64,000 bases of DNA, taken from Eledone cirrhosa (Eukaryota). The notes beneath the pieces were generated by a model, which worked only from the letters and a program-made list of their open reading frames with translations, did no database searches and was not told the origin of the DNA. The translations under genes and the position numbers were made by a program. This document shows positions 52,051-64,000 of the stretch, piece by piece. Numbering within the stretch: the stretch's first letter is position 1; every line of letters begins with the position of its first letter. The DNA is taken from the NCBI GenBank assembly GCA_964016885.1, contig OZ024741.1, forward strand, positions 376,216,001 through 376,280,000, given 5' to 3'.

Positions 52051-55000
52051 TCAGGGATAGCTTACTCTCCTTATAATATTTTCATGTAAATCCTGGAAGT
52101 ATGTAAGCAGCATAACTACACATCACATAGAAAATTATCGCCTTGACAAATCTGTAACCTATGACATTCCACAAATCATTTTAAACCATTCCAGAATCAT
52201 TTTAAATGAAATAAATAAGAATCATTATTATCAATCTGACAAAAATATATTATAAAATTAATACCTTATAAACTCCATCAGCATTTTTATATATTTACCA
52301 GTTAAATCTATAACGACACTTCTGTGAAATGTGTGTCTCATAAAATTGCACTACACGTTGTTCCAAGTAATAAATCATGTTTACAAGTCCACGGTAAATT
52401 TATTGAATGATAATTAAATACTGCTTTGATATAGACATAGATACAGACGGATGGTTAAGAATCTAAGCTCAAAATCATGAAGTCCCGATTTCGATCTCAC
52501 TGCGGGAAATCTTGGGTACATATTTTTACTAAAATGTTGCCTTCAGCAAAAATACTTCAGTTATTAGGTAGAAACATATGTGTTTCTAATTATATTACGC
52601 TTGTTTCTATTCTAATAGTTTTGAGATAGTTTAGAGAATGAATTTTTAAAAAGTGTTTTGGCAATGTTTTCACGAATGAAAAATAATTCAAAACCATTAT
52701 TAATAAACTATTCTAGATTGTGCCAATTTTCACTGATAGAAAATGTCAGCTTAGGTGTTTGGTAGGGTGATGATGTGGATCTAAATAGTATTCGATAGGC
52801 ATGACACATTTTAGATGTCCCATAATTTTAAAAATTAACCAAAACCCCAAGGCCACCAATCACAATAGATATTATTTGCTAGCGATTACCAGCTACAATC
52901 CAAGGGCTTTGGGTGTCCATGAACATAAACATCGTCATACTACTTTCTTTATTAACCCTGAAAAGATGAAAGGCAAAGTAGACCTCAGCAAATTTTGAAC
53001 TCAGAGCACAAACGGGGAGAAACAACATCGAAATATTCTATCCCACGCTCTATTGGCCATGTTAACATTTTGTATCGACACCCACACAAACTATTGTCTG
53101 GATTGAAGTTATCGCTCCATGGCAACAACTTCAAGATTCTGCTCATTCTGCTCATGACATTATTAACGAACCTTTCCACATTGACTGTAGAGATAATATC
53201 ATGTTATATCAAGGTTTCTCCGTGTTTGAGATAGTTATGTAAAACAGCATTTTAATAGATGTTTTCTATTTAATCATTTTTAAAACTTCCTTTCAACGAA
53301 CAATATATGAAAGTTACAATATTTATCTCAGAGAACAGCCAAAATTCATTAATAGGTTAACCAAGCTGTTGCTTCAATGACTATACATTTATTTGTTCAT
53401 TGAGTATATATTTTGCTGCTAATAAATTTAAATGCTAGGAAATGTTTTAAATCTTGATTAGTAAGTAACCTTTTGTAATTTCAAGCCACTCTGTTTTATT
53501 GAAATAACCAGACTTTACAGAAATAAATCAAATTTATCGTTTTCATTTGGCTTCATAAGTATGAGATATCTTTCGAAGTGAATAATAGTTTCAACAAAGG
53601 CCTTTCAAGAATTATCTTTTAACGCAGGAAGGTTGGTTCTTATTGATGATAGGAAATTCTGAAGTTTAACAATTGTTGTAATTCGTAATATCAAGAAGTC
53701 AATATCAGACCATAGACGCATTTCATGCGACAGAAGTTCTCGATTAACGAGATTTCACCTCTATGTTACTAAGTGATAGATCCTCATGAACAAGAGACTC
53801 TCGAGGTCCTACATATTTCTACTGCTAGCAATTAACACAACAATAGAAAATGATTATAGAAATCCAACATTTCCCTTACGTTGCCACATTATATTTTCAT
53901 GAAGCTAAATAAACCTTAGAATTATCCAAGGTCGGGACATACACCTGCAGACATTTATAGAGATCATATGCTCGAATGTATCCTCCATTCTAGATGGGGT
54001 TTGAAGGAGGTTCGGCTGCTATTTCTAAAAGATCGATTAATCATGTATGTGCATCCTAATTAGCTTTGCAATAAAGAGGTTTATCCCGTGGTATTAATGA
54101 ATATTACAAAAGTCCTTTGTAATCGCAACACGGTTGTGTGTGTATGTGTGTGATTGTGAATGTGTGTGTGTGTCTGTTTGTGTGGGGGCTGTGGTGGGGT
54201 GTTTGGAAAGTGGTGATTCTCTGTTTTCTCAACAGCCCCATCGTGTAAGGTTTAATAGTACCATATCAAATGTACTTGTCTGTGTGCTTGCATCTACTGG
54301 GGTGGTTGTGTATGTGGGGCTGGGAGCGGGGTTGTTGTCTAACCCTTGTGTGTGTGTATGGTATGAAAACTCTGCAGTAAAATTATATGTTAATACTTTG
54401 GGTCATTTGTTGCTATTACAAACTATAAGTGGTCGAATGCCGTAGTAACTGTACATTGGTCATTAGTAGCACATAAAGAATGCATCTGGAACGTAGCTGG
54501 GTAAATTATAAACTTCATCTATAAATTAAATTATTACCTTCAGTCGTAAAGTTGACACTTAACATCATTTATGCTGAATTATTGCCAGTTTTTAGATTCT
54601 CTTTGAGAAGCGAAGATTTATAAACGAAGCCATGATTTATTCATCTATAATTTATAATTATTATTTACTACGATGATTCTATTGTTGTTCATTAGGAAAT
54701 TAAATTTGGCTGAGCAGATACGTCTAAACTTTTCTATTTTTGCTATTGTTATACACTACGAAAGAAATGCATGGAATTTATCAGTCAGAAAATAAAGCGA
54801 AATATATGTTACAACGATGTAAAATTGGATATGTTCGAAACAACATCGAATAAATGTCTCAAGAGGCGGGGGAATGCTTCAGTTGGGAAGAGTGTTCGGA
54901 ATTATGCCAATGAATTATGATCATGCTGTGATCCTGAACAGAAATTAGGCATTCGTTTGCAGCTAGGACGACTATAAAATTACCAACATCCCATCAGAAA

Positions 55001-55764
55001 ACGTCATAGATCAAAACATTAAATGTTTTATCTTGTTTACAGCGGGCAAAATATGACTGTTTTAAGTAGAAAAACATTATCACTGCTATATTAGAATTCT
55101 GCTGTTAGAATTCGATGCAACGCTGGAACGCCAGGCCATTCGAAAATCTAAGATATATTACACATCAGATAAATCATAATTACACGTTCATTTAGTTTAT
55201 ATTTCATGTAAATTTGGAAAGAAATAATCTATTAATCGTATGAAAACAACAACAACAAATATTTATGTAAGACAAGAACAGCAGTTTGCTCTAATGAATC
55301 ATTCCACAGATAAACGATGTCTATGCGGAGATGATACATTTCACTTCGGAAAATAATATATTAGAGCCAACGTGAGTACCTCCTTGCATACACAGAAACA
55401 CTATATATATATATATATTTTTTTTTTTTCGGGAAATTCACATGCTGAAATATGTCTCCTTTTGTTATTCTAACTCTACTTCAAACTTTTCCTCTTCAAA
55501 TTGTCTATTATTCTTTCCATAATTGTCTGAATTATTCTGATAATCATAGGTTGCAGTGTTATATTGAACAATATGTTTATTTTAATTGACTTTAATATCT
55601 CAAAACCCGCTTGTGCTAGAATTAATTATTTATATAGCCTTGACTGTAAAATGGTGTTAAGTTTTGGTGAATCGGTTTCCATATGCTTCAACGAGACCCT
55701 GGCTATTTTTGTTTCAGAAAAAGAGCTTGTGTAATATAAAATGAAAAGTCTGTTTTATAAAATA

Positions 55765-56963
55765 CTAGCTGCAGTACTCAGTAATACCCAGGAAAGGTGG
55801 GGTTATTCGCAGTTCCCAGAGTGCGCCTGAAAATGCTAGTTACCCTGGGTGCCCATACCGCATTTTTAGTAGCAACCTTTGCTAGGTGTGTTTATGGCAG
55901 ATCAATTTTTTGTGTGGAACTATCAATAGCTGTTTACGTCATAAGTCCTTTTTCCATCCAGCTTTCTTCATTCAGAGTGAATAAGCCTGGGAAGTTTGAG
56001 CTCGGTGTGACTCTCTATCTGCAGTAAGGCGAATGTCTCTCTGCGACCGCCTAAGCTCGCCTTTATCTTTCATGGGCTGCTCTGTTTGCAGCTAGGTGAA
56101 CTTCTCTCTCTACGGACGTTACCGCTTGCCTTGCTCTTAAGAGGGCTGCTCTATTTGCAGTCAGGTGAGCATCTCTCTCTGCAGCCGTCTCAGCTCGCCT
56201 TGCTCTTTCATGGGCTGCTCTGTCAGCAGCTAGGTGAACTTCTCTCTCTCCGGACGTCTCCGCTTGCCTTGCTCTTTCGAGGGTTGCTCTATTTGCAGTC
56301 AGGTGAGCATCTCTCTCTGCCGCCGTCTCTGGTGAATAAGAAAAGATGGGTAAGTTTACTTGTGAGTTGCCGCTTTGACAAAATGTGCACATTTTGGACG
56401 TGCTTATGGTGGCAATGAATGATGAGAGATCAGGGAAATGTGTGATGTGGAGTGGTTGAAAGAGAGTGGGTGACATGGGGTGGTTGACAGAGAGTAGGTG
56501 ACATGGAATGCTTGATAGTGTATGGGTAACATAAGAAATGGGAGATGTGATTTATTAGAACGGCATACCTGTGAACGCCTTTGCCGCATTTTTCGTGGAC
56601 GTACAGTTTGAGAGTCCAACCTTGCTCACTTTCGTAGTGGCATCGCGTTCTTATATTTCAGAGCTATAAGGTTAGGAGGAGAAGGCGCACCATTAGATAT
56701 GCCTTTAAGTAGAGGAATAATCCAAAAGGCCTCTGGAGCAGTGTCTGTAGAAACGGAGTCATCAAATCTCAACCGTTACCCGGCTCATAATGGGGGAGAG
56801 GGAATCATGAGAAAAGGGGGAGGGGGTGTCAAGGGAATTCATCAAGGGGCTAATCTTCTCATTGATGTGACTCATTAGTAAACGCCTACGTTTTTGTTAC
56901 CGAGAACAGCCCGAAGGAAGTTTCACCTCAAAAACGGCCGCAAACCATTAACATACAGGTAGA
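55765..56963 (-). mobile_element. Internally deleted Helitron retaining RepHel N-terminus with 23-aa (STPR-type) repeats
   Basis: CTAG 3' end at 55765 with a degenerate hairpin. ORF with ETAAERDAHLTANRATLERARQA-type 69-bp repeats. The 5' end is tentative. Confidence 0.65.
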
Positions 56964-57059
56964 TTGAATATATGCCGACATACGATTTGATATTAATTCT
57001 TCTAAACAATGCTATAGTAAGCCAACTTCCAGAAGGCCAAGGTGGCGTTGCCACTGATT

Positions 57060-58650
57060 GCAGTTTCCAAATAGCTGAGAGTTGTGAGCGCTCACTCTTG
57101 GTTTTCGCTTGACCCAGGACTGCAACTCCGTCAAGGAGACGAGCTGTGGAAAAACGTGTCTAGCAAACGGCGACCACACCTGTTCACCGTCCCCTTAGGA
57201 CATGGCACGACGGTTAGACGGTAGTAGATGACAGACACGATGTACGCCTTTACCACCTTTACCCGACATTTCAAGGACAGCTCTCTCTCGGCCTATTTCT
57301 GGGTGAAAGAGGCCACCCTGCTCGTCACCTAGTCCCAGCTTTTGTCTATTTGGAGGTCCAGACCAAACCAGAACCCCTATCAATTTAACCAGTCCGTCTG
57401 TCCAGCACCCGATGAATCTGTTGGACGGCATAGACCTGCAATTCCAGGTGCCGAGCTGCAGGCCCACCGACTATTCCTGGTTAATTTTTGCTTACGTCCT
57501 CACCTCATACTCATTGGGAGCGGTGCCCATCATCTCAATGTGTTCATGTTGTGACAGTGTTAGTGTTTGTGACGGTGGGGCGGTGATGAGCGTGTGCTTC
57601 GTGGTGGCGGCGTTGATTTCTTTGTCTTGTTTTTTCGCACTCTTTTTTTTTAGGGCGAAGGAAAATAGTTCTCGTTAGCCTTTCTTATTAGAGCGAAATT
57701 TTGTGTGCTTAGTTTTTGTTGTGGTTGCGCATATTTGATATCGGGTGATTGGGGTGGTGTTGGTGTTGTTGGTGTTGTGGATATGTCTGTGTTTGTTGTT
57801 AGTGTAGTGCCTGTGATTTCAATTGTCTTTGTCTGTGTGATATTTACCGTTTTCTTTTCTTGTGTTTGTATTTTTCTGTTATTGCCTTATTTGGTTGTCT
57901 CTCCACTTCGCTTCTAGAAAACGAGGTCCCTGCGTTATTTTCTGATGTTTGTGTATTTGTATTTGTCTGTGTTTATGTGTGTACTCATTTCGGCAGGGAG
58001 AATAGGAGAGATTTACTCGTTTTACCCGTGGATTTGTTCTATCTTGGTTGTTGCTCATGGTTTAGCAGTTGCTGATGCTAGTGCTGGCGTTGTTGGTAGC
58101 GGGGTTTTGCGTCCCAATACTGGTGTTTGCAACAACGGAATTATGCGCCTTCGTGCACTTTTGTGCTGAGCGCAGAAAGATGGAGGATGTGGTATTTCGC
58201 TGCAAACGAAACATGCGGCTTTTGCTTAAGTGACAACATGTAGTGGCTAATGGTCACCACATCTATGTCCAGTGATCTGAGGTCGTTGTATAGGTGGTCC
58301 TGCTTTCAAGACGACCCCAAGCCACGTGCATTCACACTGCCTATCTTGAATAAGGCCATGATCGATTAAGAGGAGAAAAAGTTGGCAAGGCCACTAAGGT
58401 TAAACGTTTGTCGAGAAGGACGGTTGTTCCGTCCTTCCGGCTGGTTGTGGGCTCTTGTGTGGAAATGTCTGTATAGATTTTTTGGAGAGCGTCCCTCGAG
58501 AAATTTTGTTTTAGATGAGTATACGTTTTGAGTGATGTGCATAATTTGTATGCTTGTAGGGAGTGGGATTTTTTGGGGGGATATAATAAAAGCTGTGTGC
58601 ATAATTGTGGTGTTGTGCTGTAAGTTGTTCATTAGTTTTGAGTTGTTAGT
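57060..58650 (-). mobile_element. Rearranged L1/Tx1-like LINE pieces (ORF1 CCHC knuckle, ORF2 start, RT C-terminal region)
   Basis: MALFKIGSVNARGLG from 58359, CFVCSEIPHPPSFC at 58172-58213, and GLQLGTW at ~57450. Confidence 0.75.
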
Positions 58651-58659
58651 GTTTATAAT

Positions 58660-58900
58660 AATTGTTTCTACTTTAGGCACAAGGCCAGAAATTACCCAGT
58701 GCATTACTGGTACTTTATTTTATCGACCCCGTAAGGATGAAAGGCAAATGGTTTCTTATATAGACACAGGCAAGTTTGTGGGAGGGGCAAGGCGATTAAA
58801 TCGACCCCAGTACATGACTGGTACTTTAATTTATCGACCCCGTAAGGCAAAGTTAACCTCGGCGGGATTTGAACTCAAATCATAAACGGCCGTAACTCTA
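58660..58900 (-). mobile_element. Two fused SINE fragments
   Basis: The core ACTGGTACTTTA..TTTATCGACCCCGTAAGG occurs twice. Confidence 0.85.
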
Positions 58901-59094
58901 TGTTTATAATCATAATAACAGTAATATGAGTTAAGTTTGGCATCATCTATATACAAGAAAATGTGAATGAAAAATACAAAATAAAGAACTATGCTGGAAG
59001 AGGAGAAGAGAAGGTGACTTGAATTTGACAGGACCCACTGAAAGGAGTGTTTGAGGATTCTGCTCCCACGACCTTGGGAAGAAGAAGGGGAGGA

Positions 59095-59096
<2 letters not shown>

Positions 59097-59125
<29 letters not shown>

Positions 59126-59134
59126 AAGAAGAAG

Positions 59135-59164
<30 letters not shown>
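59097..59164. repeat. (GAA)n microsatellite
   Basis: Read directly from the sequence. Confidence 0.95.
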
Positions 59165-59165
<1 letters not shown>

Positions 59166-59209
59166 TTTAGAGACTTAAATTCTGGACAGAAAATATATGG
59201 ATCATATAA

Positions 59210-59312
59210 TTGTTTCTACTATTGGCACAAGGCCAGCAATTATCCAGTACATTACTGGTACTGTATTTTATCGACCTCGTAAGGATGAAAGGCAAAGTTA
59301 ACCTTGGCGGGA
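59210..59312 (-). mobile_element. SINE 3' half
   Basis: GGCACAAGGCCAGCAATT..GGATGAAAGGCAAAGTTAACC. Confidence 0.85.
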
Positions 59313-59319
59313 AAATATA

Positions 59320-61750
59320 TGGAACATATAATGATAGCTGGAAAGAATCAGGAATAGAGAGAACATACAACATGAGACGGAAAGGATTAGATATAGTTAT
59401 GGAAGAAATCCCACAAAGAATTATTGCAAAGTCTGCCAAAATCAGAACATATGAGCAATAGAGAAATCAATAGAAATTAAACAGAACATTCAACATCGAC
59501 TAGAAAAAGATGTATCATAAATTACATGGTGAGATGAGATATGCCGAACTCATCCGCAACGCAGATGATAATAAAACAGTTTTGATTGATATATACATTG
59601 TGGAAAAAGAATATAACGGTGAAGCAAACTGGCTGAAGATACTCAGAAACGAGCTATAGGAAACAGGTCAACATCAAGATTACAAGTGAGATAGTAGTGA
59701 ACCAGCAGGAAAATGCCCAACTGGAACATCACAGGGCCTGACGGAGTTCTATATTTCTAACTGAAGACGCTAACTGCTGAATACAGTAGAGTTGTGATTG
59801 AAATGAATTACATACTAGATGGTAAGCAGACAATTCCCAATTGTATGATTAAAGGAAGAAATGTTTTGTTTTTGAAAGACCCTGCGCGAGGAAATGTGGA
59901 AAACTTTCGCCCAGTATCTTGTCTTCAACTTATGTGGAAGTTGATAACATGTGCTGTGGTTGAAGGTATGTATGAGTTCCGTGAAGGGGGGGGGGATACC
60001 AGCTGAACAGAAAAGGCAGCAGAGAAACAAGGGATCAACTCCTAATTGATAAAATGATATTGAAAGATTGTAAACTGTGTAGACAATAAAAAAAAGCGTA
60101 CGCATGGTACCACATACTTGGGTATAGAATGCATGAATCTATTTGGAGTCGCAAATAAAATAATGGAGTTTAACTGTAGTCGTATTGGGTGCTGGAAAAA
60201 CAGAGTTTGTATTATCTGGTAAGGCTCATTGAGACACGGACGTGAGCCATATCCCAAAATAACATACTTTCACCATTGTTCTTTGTGTTATGTATGGTTC
60301 CATTGTCTCTTTTACTGAAATGGATAAAAGGATGGTAATGGTCAATCATCTATTATTTATCGATGATCTTAAGCACTTTAGAAAAAAACAAAGATCAGAT
60401 TGACTCATTATGCAACATAGTGCATAAATTCAGTCATGATATAGAAATGGTATTTGGAATCAACAAGTGGGGAACATTGATAACGAAGAGAGGAAATAGA
60501 ATAGCATCTGATAGTATTATGGTGTTCGATAGTCAGGTTATAAAAGAAGTTGAGAATGCAGACTAAGTGTATCTAAGAATTCTGGGCGCTGATACAATCA
60601 AGGAAGAGGAGATAAAGAAAAGATATGAGACGGAGTATTTGAAGCGATTTAAACTAGTATTAATGTCAGCATTGGATGGAGGAAATAAAATTCTGGTTGT
60701 GATCACATGGGTTGTGAATGTACTACGATATGGGATAGGAGTGTAGAACTGGACTCAAGAAGAAATGCGCGTTTTAGACAGAAAAATACAAGGAAGATTT
60801 TGGCTCTGTGGTGTATTACACCTGAAACCGATATTGGTAGATTTTTATTTATCTGGAATATAGGAGGACGACGTGGTTTGATTGGACGCGAAGATGTTAC
60901 GAAGTGAAGAAAATAGTTTAGGGTGGTATGTTAAAAATACTGTTGAACAATGATTGGTTAATGTGAAACAATCCGGGTAATGAAGTATGAAAACTGCATC
61001 AACAAAAGGGAGTACAAAAAGAAGACAAATGAAGAGAACATTGCTAGTTGCAGAGAGAAAGGAATACATTGTTAAATTATACGAGAAATGGGTGATCATG
61101 TTGATAAGATCAACGCATAGAAGTGGGTGAGACAAAATGATCTAAATGTTGGGACGGAACTTTTAATCTGCACTGCACATGCGCAATCCCTGAAGCCAAA
61201 TAAGTTCGAGTACCCTATTGATAAGGCTAGTGATTTCCCTTTGTGTAGGATGTGTGGAGCTAAAAAAGAGACTTAGAGCCACATAGTAAGTGAATGCTCC
61301 AAACTTTCCCAAAGAGAATACAAATGTAGGTAGGCATGAGAACATATGATTCATTGGTAAATGGAAGCTTTGTGAGAAAATAAAGGGTTGGCACATAGCC
61401 CAAAGCGTGTCATTGGTAACGATGTGGTTCAAATATTGTGGGAGTTTATGAAACAATGTGACAATGTGATTGAAGTAAGGAAGCCAGACAGTAATCGTCA
61501 GAAGGAAGATCAAACATTGCATTATAATCGATATTGCAATTCCTGATATTAACATACAGAATAGATGAAACAAGTACGTAGTCTCAATCGTGAAGTTGCC
61601 ACATTACGGCAAATAGTAAAGGTAGAAATAATGACTGTAGTAGTTGGAGGACTTGGAACAATGTGAAGGAAATTAAGGGTTTTGATAGGGAAGTTCATGA
61701 TAGAAATAAACACACACACACTACAAGAGACAGCAAATAATTTGAGAAAA
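59320..61750 (+). mobile_element. Decayed R4/Dong-clade non-LTR retrotransposon (RT + restriction-like endonuclease)
   Basis: MPNWNITGPDG, ENFRPVSCLQLMWKLIT, NHLLFIDDL, FSHDIEMVFGINK, CRMCGAKKET*SHIVSEC, RKPD, IIIDIAIP. Confidence 0.88.
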
Positions 61751-61769
61751 TATGTTAGAGACTCGGCAG

Positions 61770-63000
61770 AGCTGTTCTACTTGAGAACGGGTCGCAGGTG
61801 GCGGATAGCGATAGGGCCACCAGATATGAAGGTTAGTTGCGATATAAGTGGGCAGCTGCTGGATGAATAAGCAACCCCGAACCAACTACTAGGTAAACTA
61901 CTAGGGAAGATGGAGCATTGGGTGACACCTGTAACTCCCAAGAAAACTCTCACAACCCAGTCATGTAGCTATGACGAGGTGAGAAAAGGCCACCTCTAAA
62001 ATAACCTAGTGTTCCCATGAGAAAGTTACACATTGGTGACTGGCGCGAATAAGACCTCCAAAACTGCAATGCGATGAGAGGAACGATTAAGAGATATACA
62101 ACATCATCAGTCCCACGAATTAGCAAGGGACGTGTTCAGGCCTTAGTTAGAAGAGCCTGTTCTTAAAATATATTGTAGTCTCCATTTTATGGCGCAAAAA
62201 CTGGCGATAGGCTTGTGGCCTGTCCCGGAAGGCGTGAGATGGATGCACAAAGATTCCGTATCCCGAGACCCAAAAGAGGGTTTAGAAGGGCGCGAACCTT
62301 GACAATTGGAACTTGGAACATCCCAACCCTTACAGATAAGAAGTAGGAACTAGTGGAGGAGGCTAGATGCTACCGGCTGGATACATTCGGGGTTTCTTCG
62401 ACAGAGTTCCGAGGTTCTCATACTGTAGATTTGGACGGAGGATGGAAACTCCACTATTCAGGTGTGGAGCCGAAAATGACTGCATACGTAGGAGTGGGGA
62501 CACTCAAAAGCTACCGGCTATCAGAATGTATTATGGACTGGATCCCATTAAAAGGGTGGATTTGCCTTATGAAGCTTAGCCTGCCAGATATTTTTCTGTA
62601 GGTGATGCGCGTTTATGCACCAAGCAAGGAGTTGTTATATAGCTCCTTATTTGATGAAGTCACTGCAGCGTTGGATATAGGTAAGACAGCCATATATCCT
62701 GATGGGAGACTTCAATGCATATATTAGTACTGATCACCTGATATGGAAGGGAGTGATTGGAAGGAAAGATTAACCCGATCTAAATACAGAGAGGCCTTAA
62801 GACCTTCGTTCTAGCTTTGAACTCTCTATTATGAACACCGCGTTCCAGTACAGATACATCCATAATGGGAAGCAGGGACAGAGATCAATAATTGATTTTG
62901 GTATTGTCTCTGATCTCTTCGATTCTCTGCTGGATGTTTGAGTTCAGAGAGGGACTGACCTGTCAATTGATAATCATCTAGATAAATATTTGAAACTTGT
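61770..63000 (+). mobile_element. RTE-like LINE 5' region with APE endonuclease remnant (~62295-62990)
   Basis: LTIGTWNIPTL..ELVEEARCYRLDTFGVS..GWKLHYSG..VGVG, RVYAP, ILMGDFNA. Confidence 0.85.
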
Positions 63001-63899
63001 GACCAGCTAAAGCTGGAGACCACCGACTGCACATTAATAAGAGCCGTAAAAACAAAAACAACAATACCAATTGCAATGTTAAGCGTAACATGCATAGTAC
63101 GTAAAATGCAATCTAGATATATACATAGAAAATATATTTATTTATAGAGTGTTTGAAAGAATATCTGCATACTATAGATCTGCTATATTTGGCTTTCTAA
63201 CACAGCACATTCATTTTGTGTGATACGTTGATTAACAGAAAACAATATTGAGTTCAAATCTACGCATAAACTTTTATTCATCTTATGATGCGCATGTTAT
63301 TGGTTGCAATCACGGCTTCTTGAAAAATGTAGACGTCCTAAGTAATATGAACTAGCGTTTCGCAGAAAATGAACTATCGAAGCTGATTTTCACAGAGCAA
63401 ACGCCTTACACTGCGATACTTGATTTAATAGTAGTATTTGCTTGTAATCCGATGCGACATTTGTTGAAAAAGTGAGTTTTGTTTCAGTACATTAGTAGGA
63501 GAATTCCATTATTTAATCTTAATATTTATTTTAAATATCAGAAATCTAACATGTCTTTAGAAAATCAATCTTAAGATACATAAAAACATTCTATAAAGAG
63601 GAAAGAGTTAAGTTAACTTAATCTTATAAGTCTTTGTCTATTTTGACGTTAGAAATTGATTTGCCCAATTCAGTTTCATCTCTGGAATAAAGATTTATCG
63701 ACAGGCTATTCACCTAAGACCATAACAGGTCTGTCAGGCCATGTGCAACGATTATGATGCCTGTTGTGATCTTAGAAGTATATTTCAAGTATTAGTTTTT
63801 GTTATTAATCAGTTTTGACAAAAACGGAGCAGACAGTAATTTCATACATGATGAGTAATCGCTGATCATAACGTACATTGAATCAAGAAGTGTTCGCAT

Positions 63900-63958
63900 T
63901 CTTTCTTTCTTTCTTTCTTTTTTCGTTCTATCTTTCTTTCTTTCTTTCTTTCTTTCAT

Positions 63959-63998
<40 letters not shown>

Positions 63999-64000
63999 TC
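63900..64000. repeat. (TTTC)n microsatellite
   Basis: Read directly from the sequence. Confidence 0.95.

Noticed and set aside
52985-55150. Short open frames in unique-looking DNA (e.g. ~53080-53240, ~54810-54920)
   Set aside because: No recognisable motifs or coherent splice structure.
55980-56330. Regular 69-bp repeats as a possible CRISPR-like array
   Set aside because: The units are contiguous coding repeats without unique spacers, in a eukaryotic context with no cas genes.

Overview
AT-rich, microsatellite-dense eukaryotic (animal) DNA. The tRNA-derived SINE family (GAGTTCAAATCCCGCCGAGGTTAACTTTGCCTTTCATCCTT...GTCGATAAAATAAAGTACCAGT) suggests an octopus/cephalopod origin; that is an inference. 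I could not support any host protein-coding gene, so the window reads as intergenic or intronic and is almost entirely transposon debris. It holds three decayed Penelope-like elements (PLEs) with the CxCx5C linker and CxxC GIY-YIG signature of the Naiad clade, two of them bracketed by long inverted terminal copies. It also holds internally deleted Helitrons (Pif1 C-terminus, 23-aa STPR-type repeats), a Tc1/mariner remnant, RTE, L1/Tx1, R4/Dong and CRE non-LTR fragments, and about a dozen SINEs. The most striking signal is a hand-found set of about 14 minimal type I hammerhead ribozyme (HHR) motifs, in about seven sequence families, located in PLE ends. Two multi-copy families carry a fixed non-canonical core base (CCGAAGA and CAGAAGA instead of CTGANGA). 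Many of these ends sit in (TA)n tracts and form short foldback hairpins. All calls were made by eye, and TE fragment boundaries are approximate.
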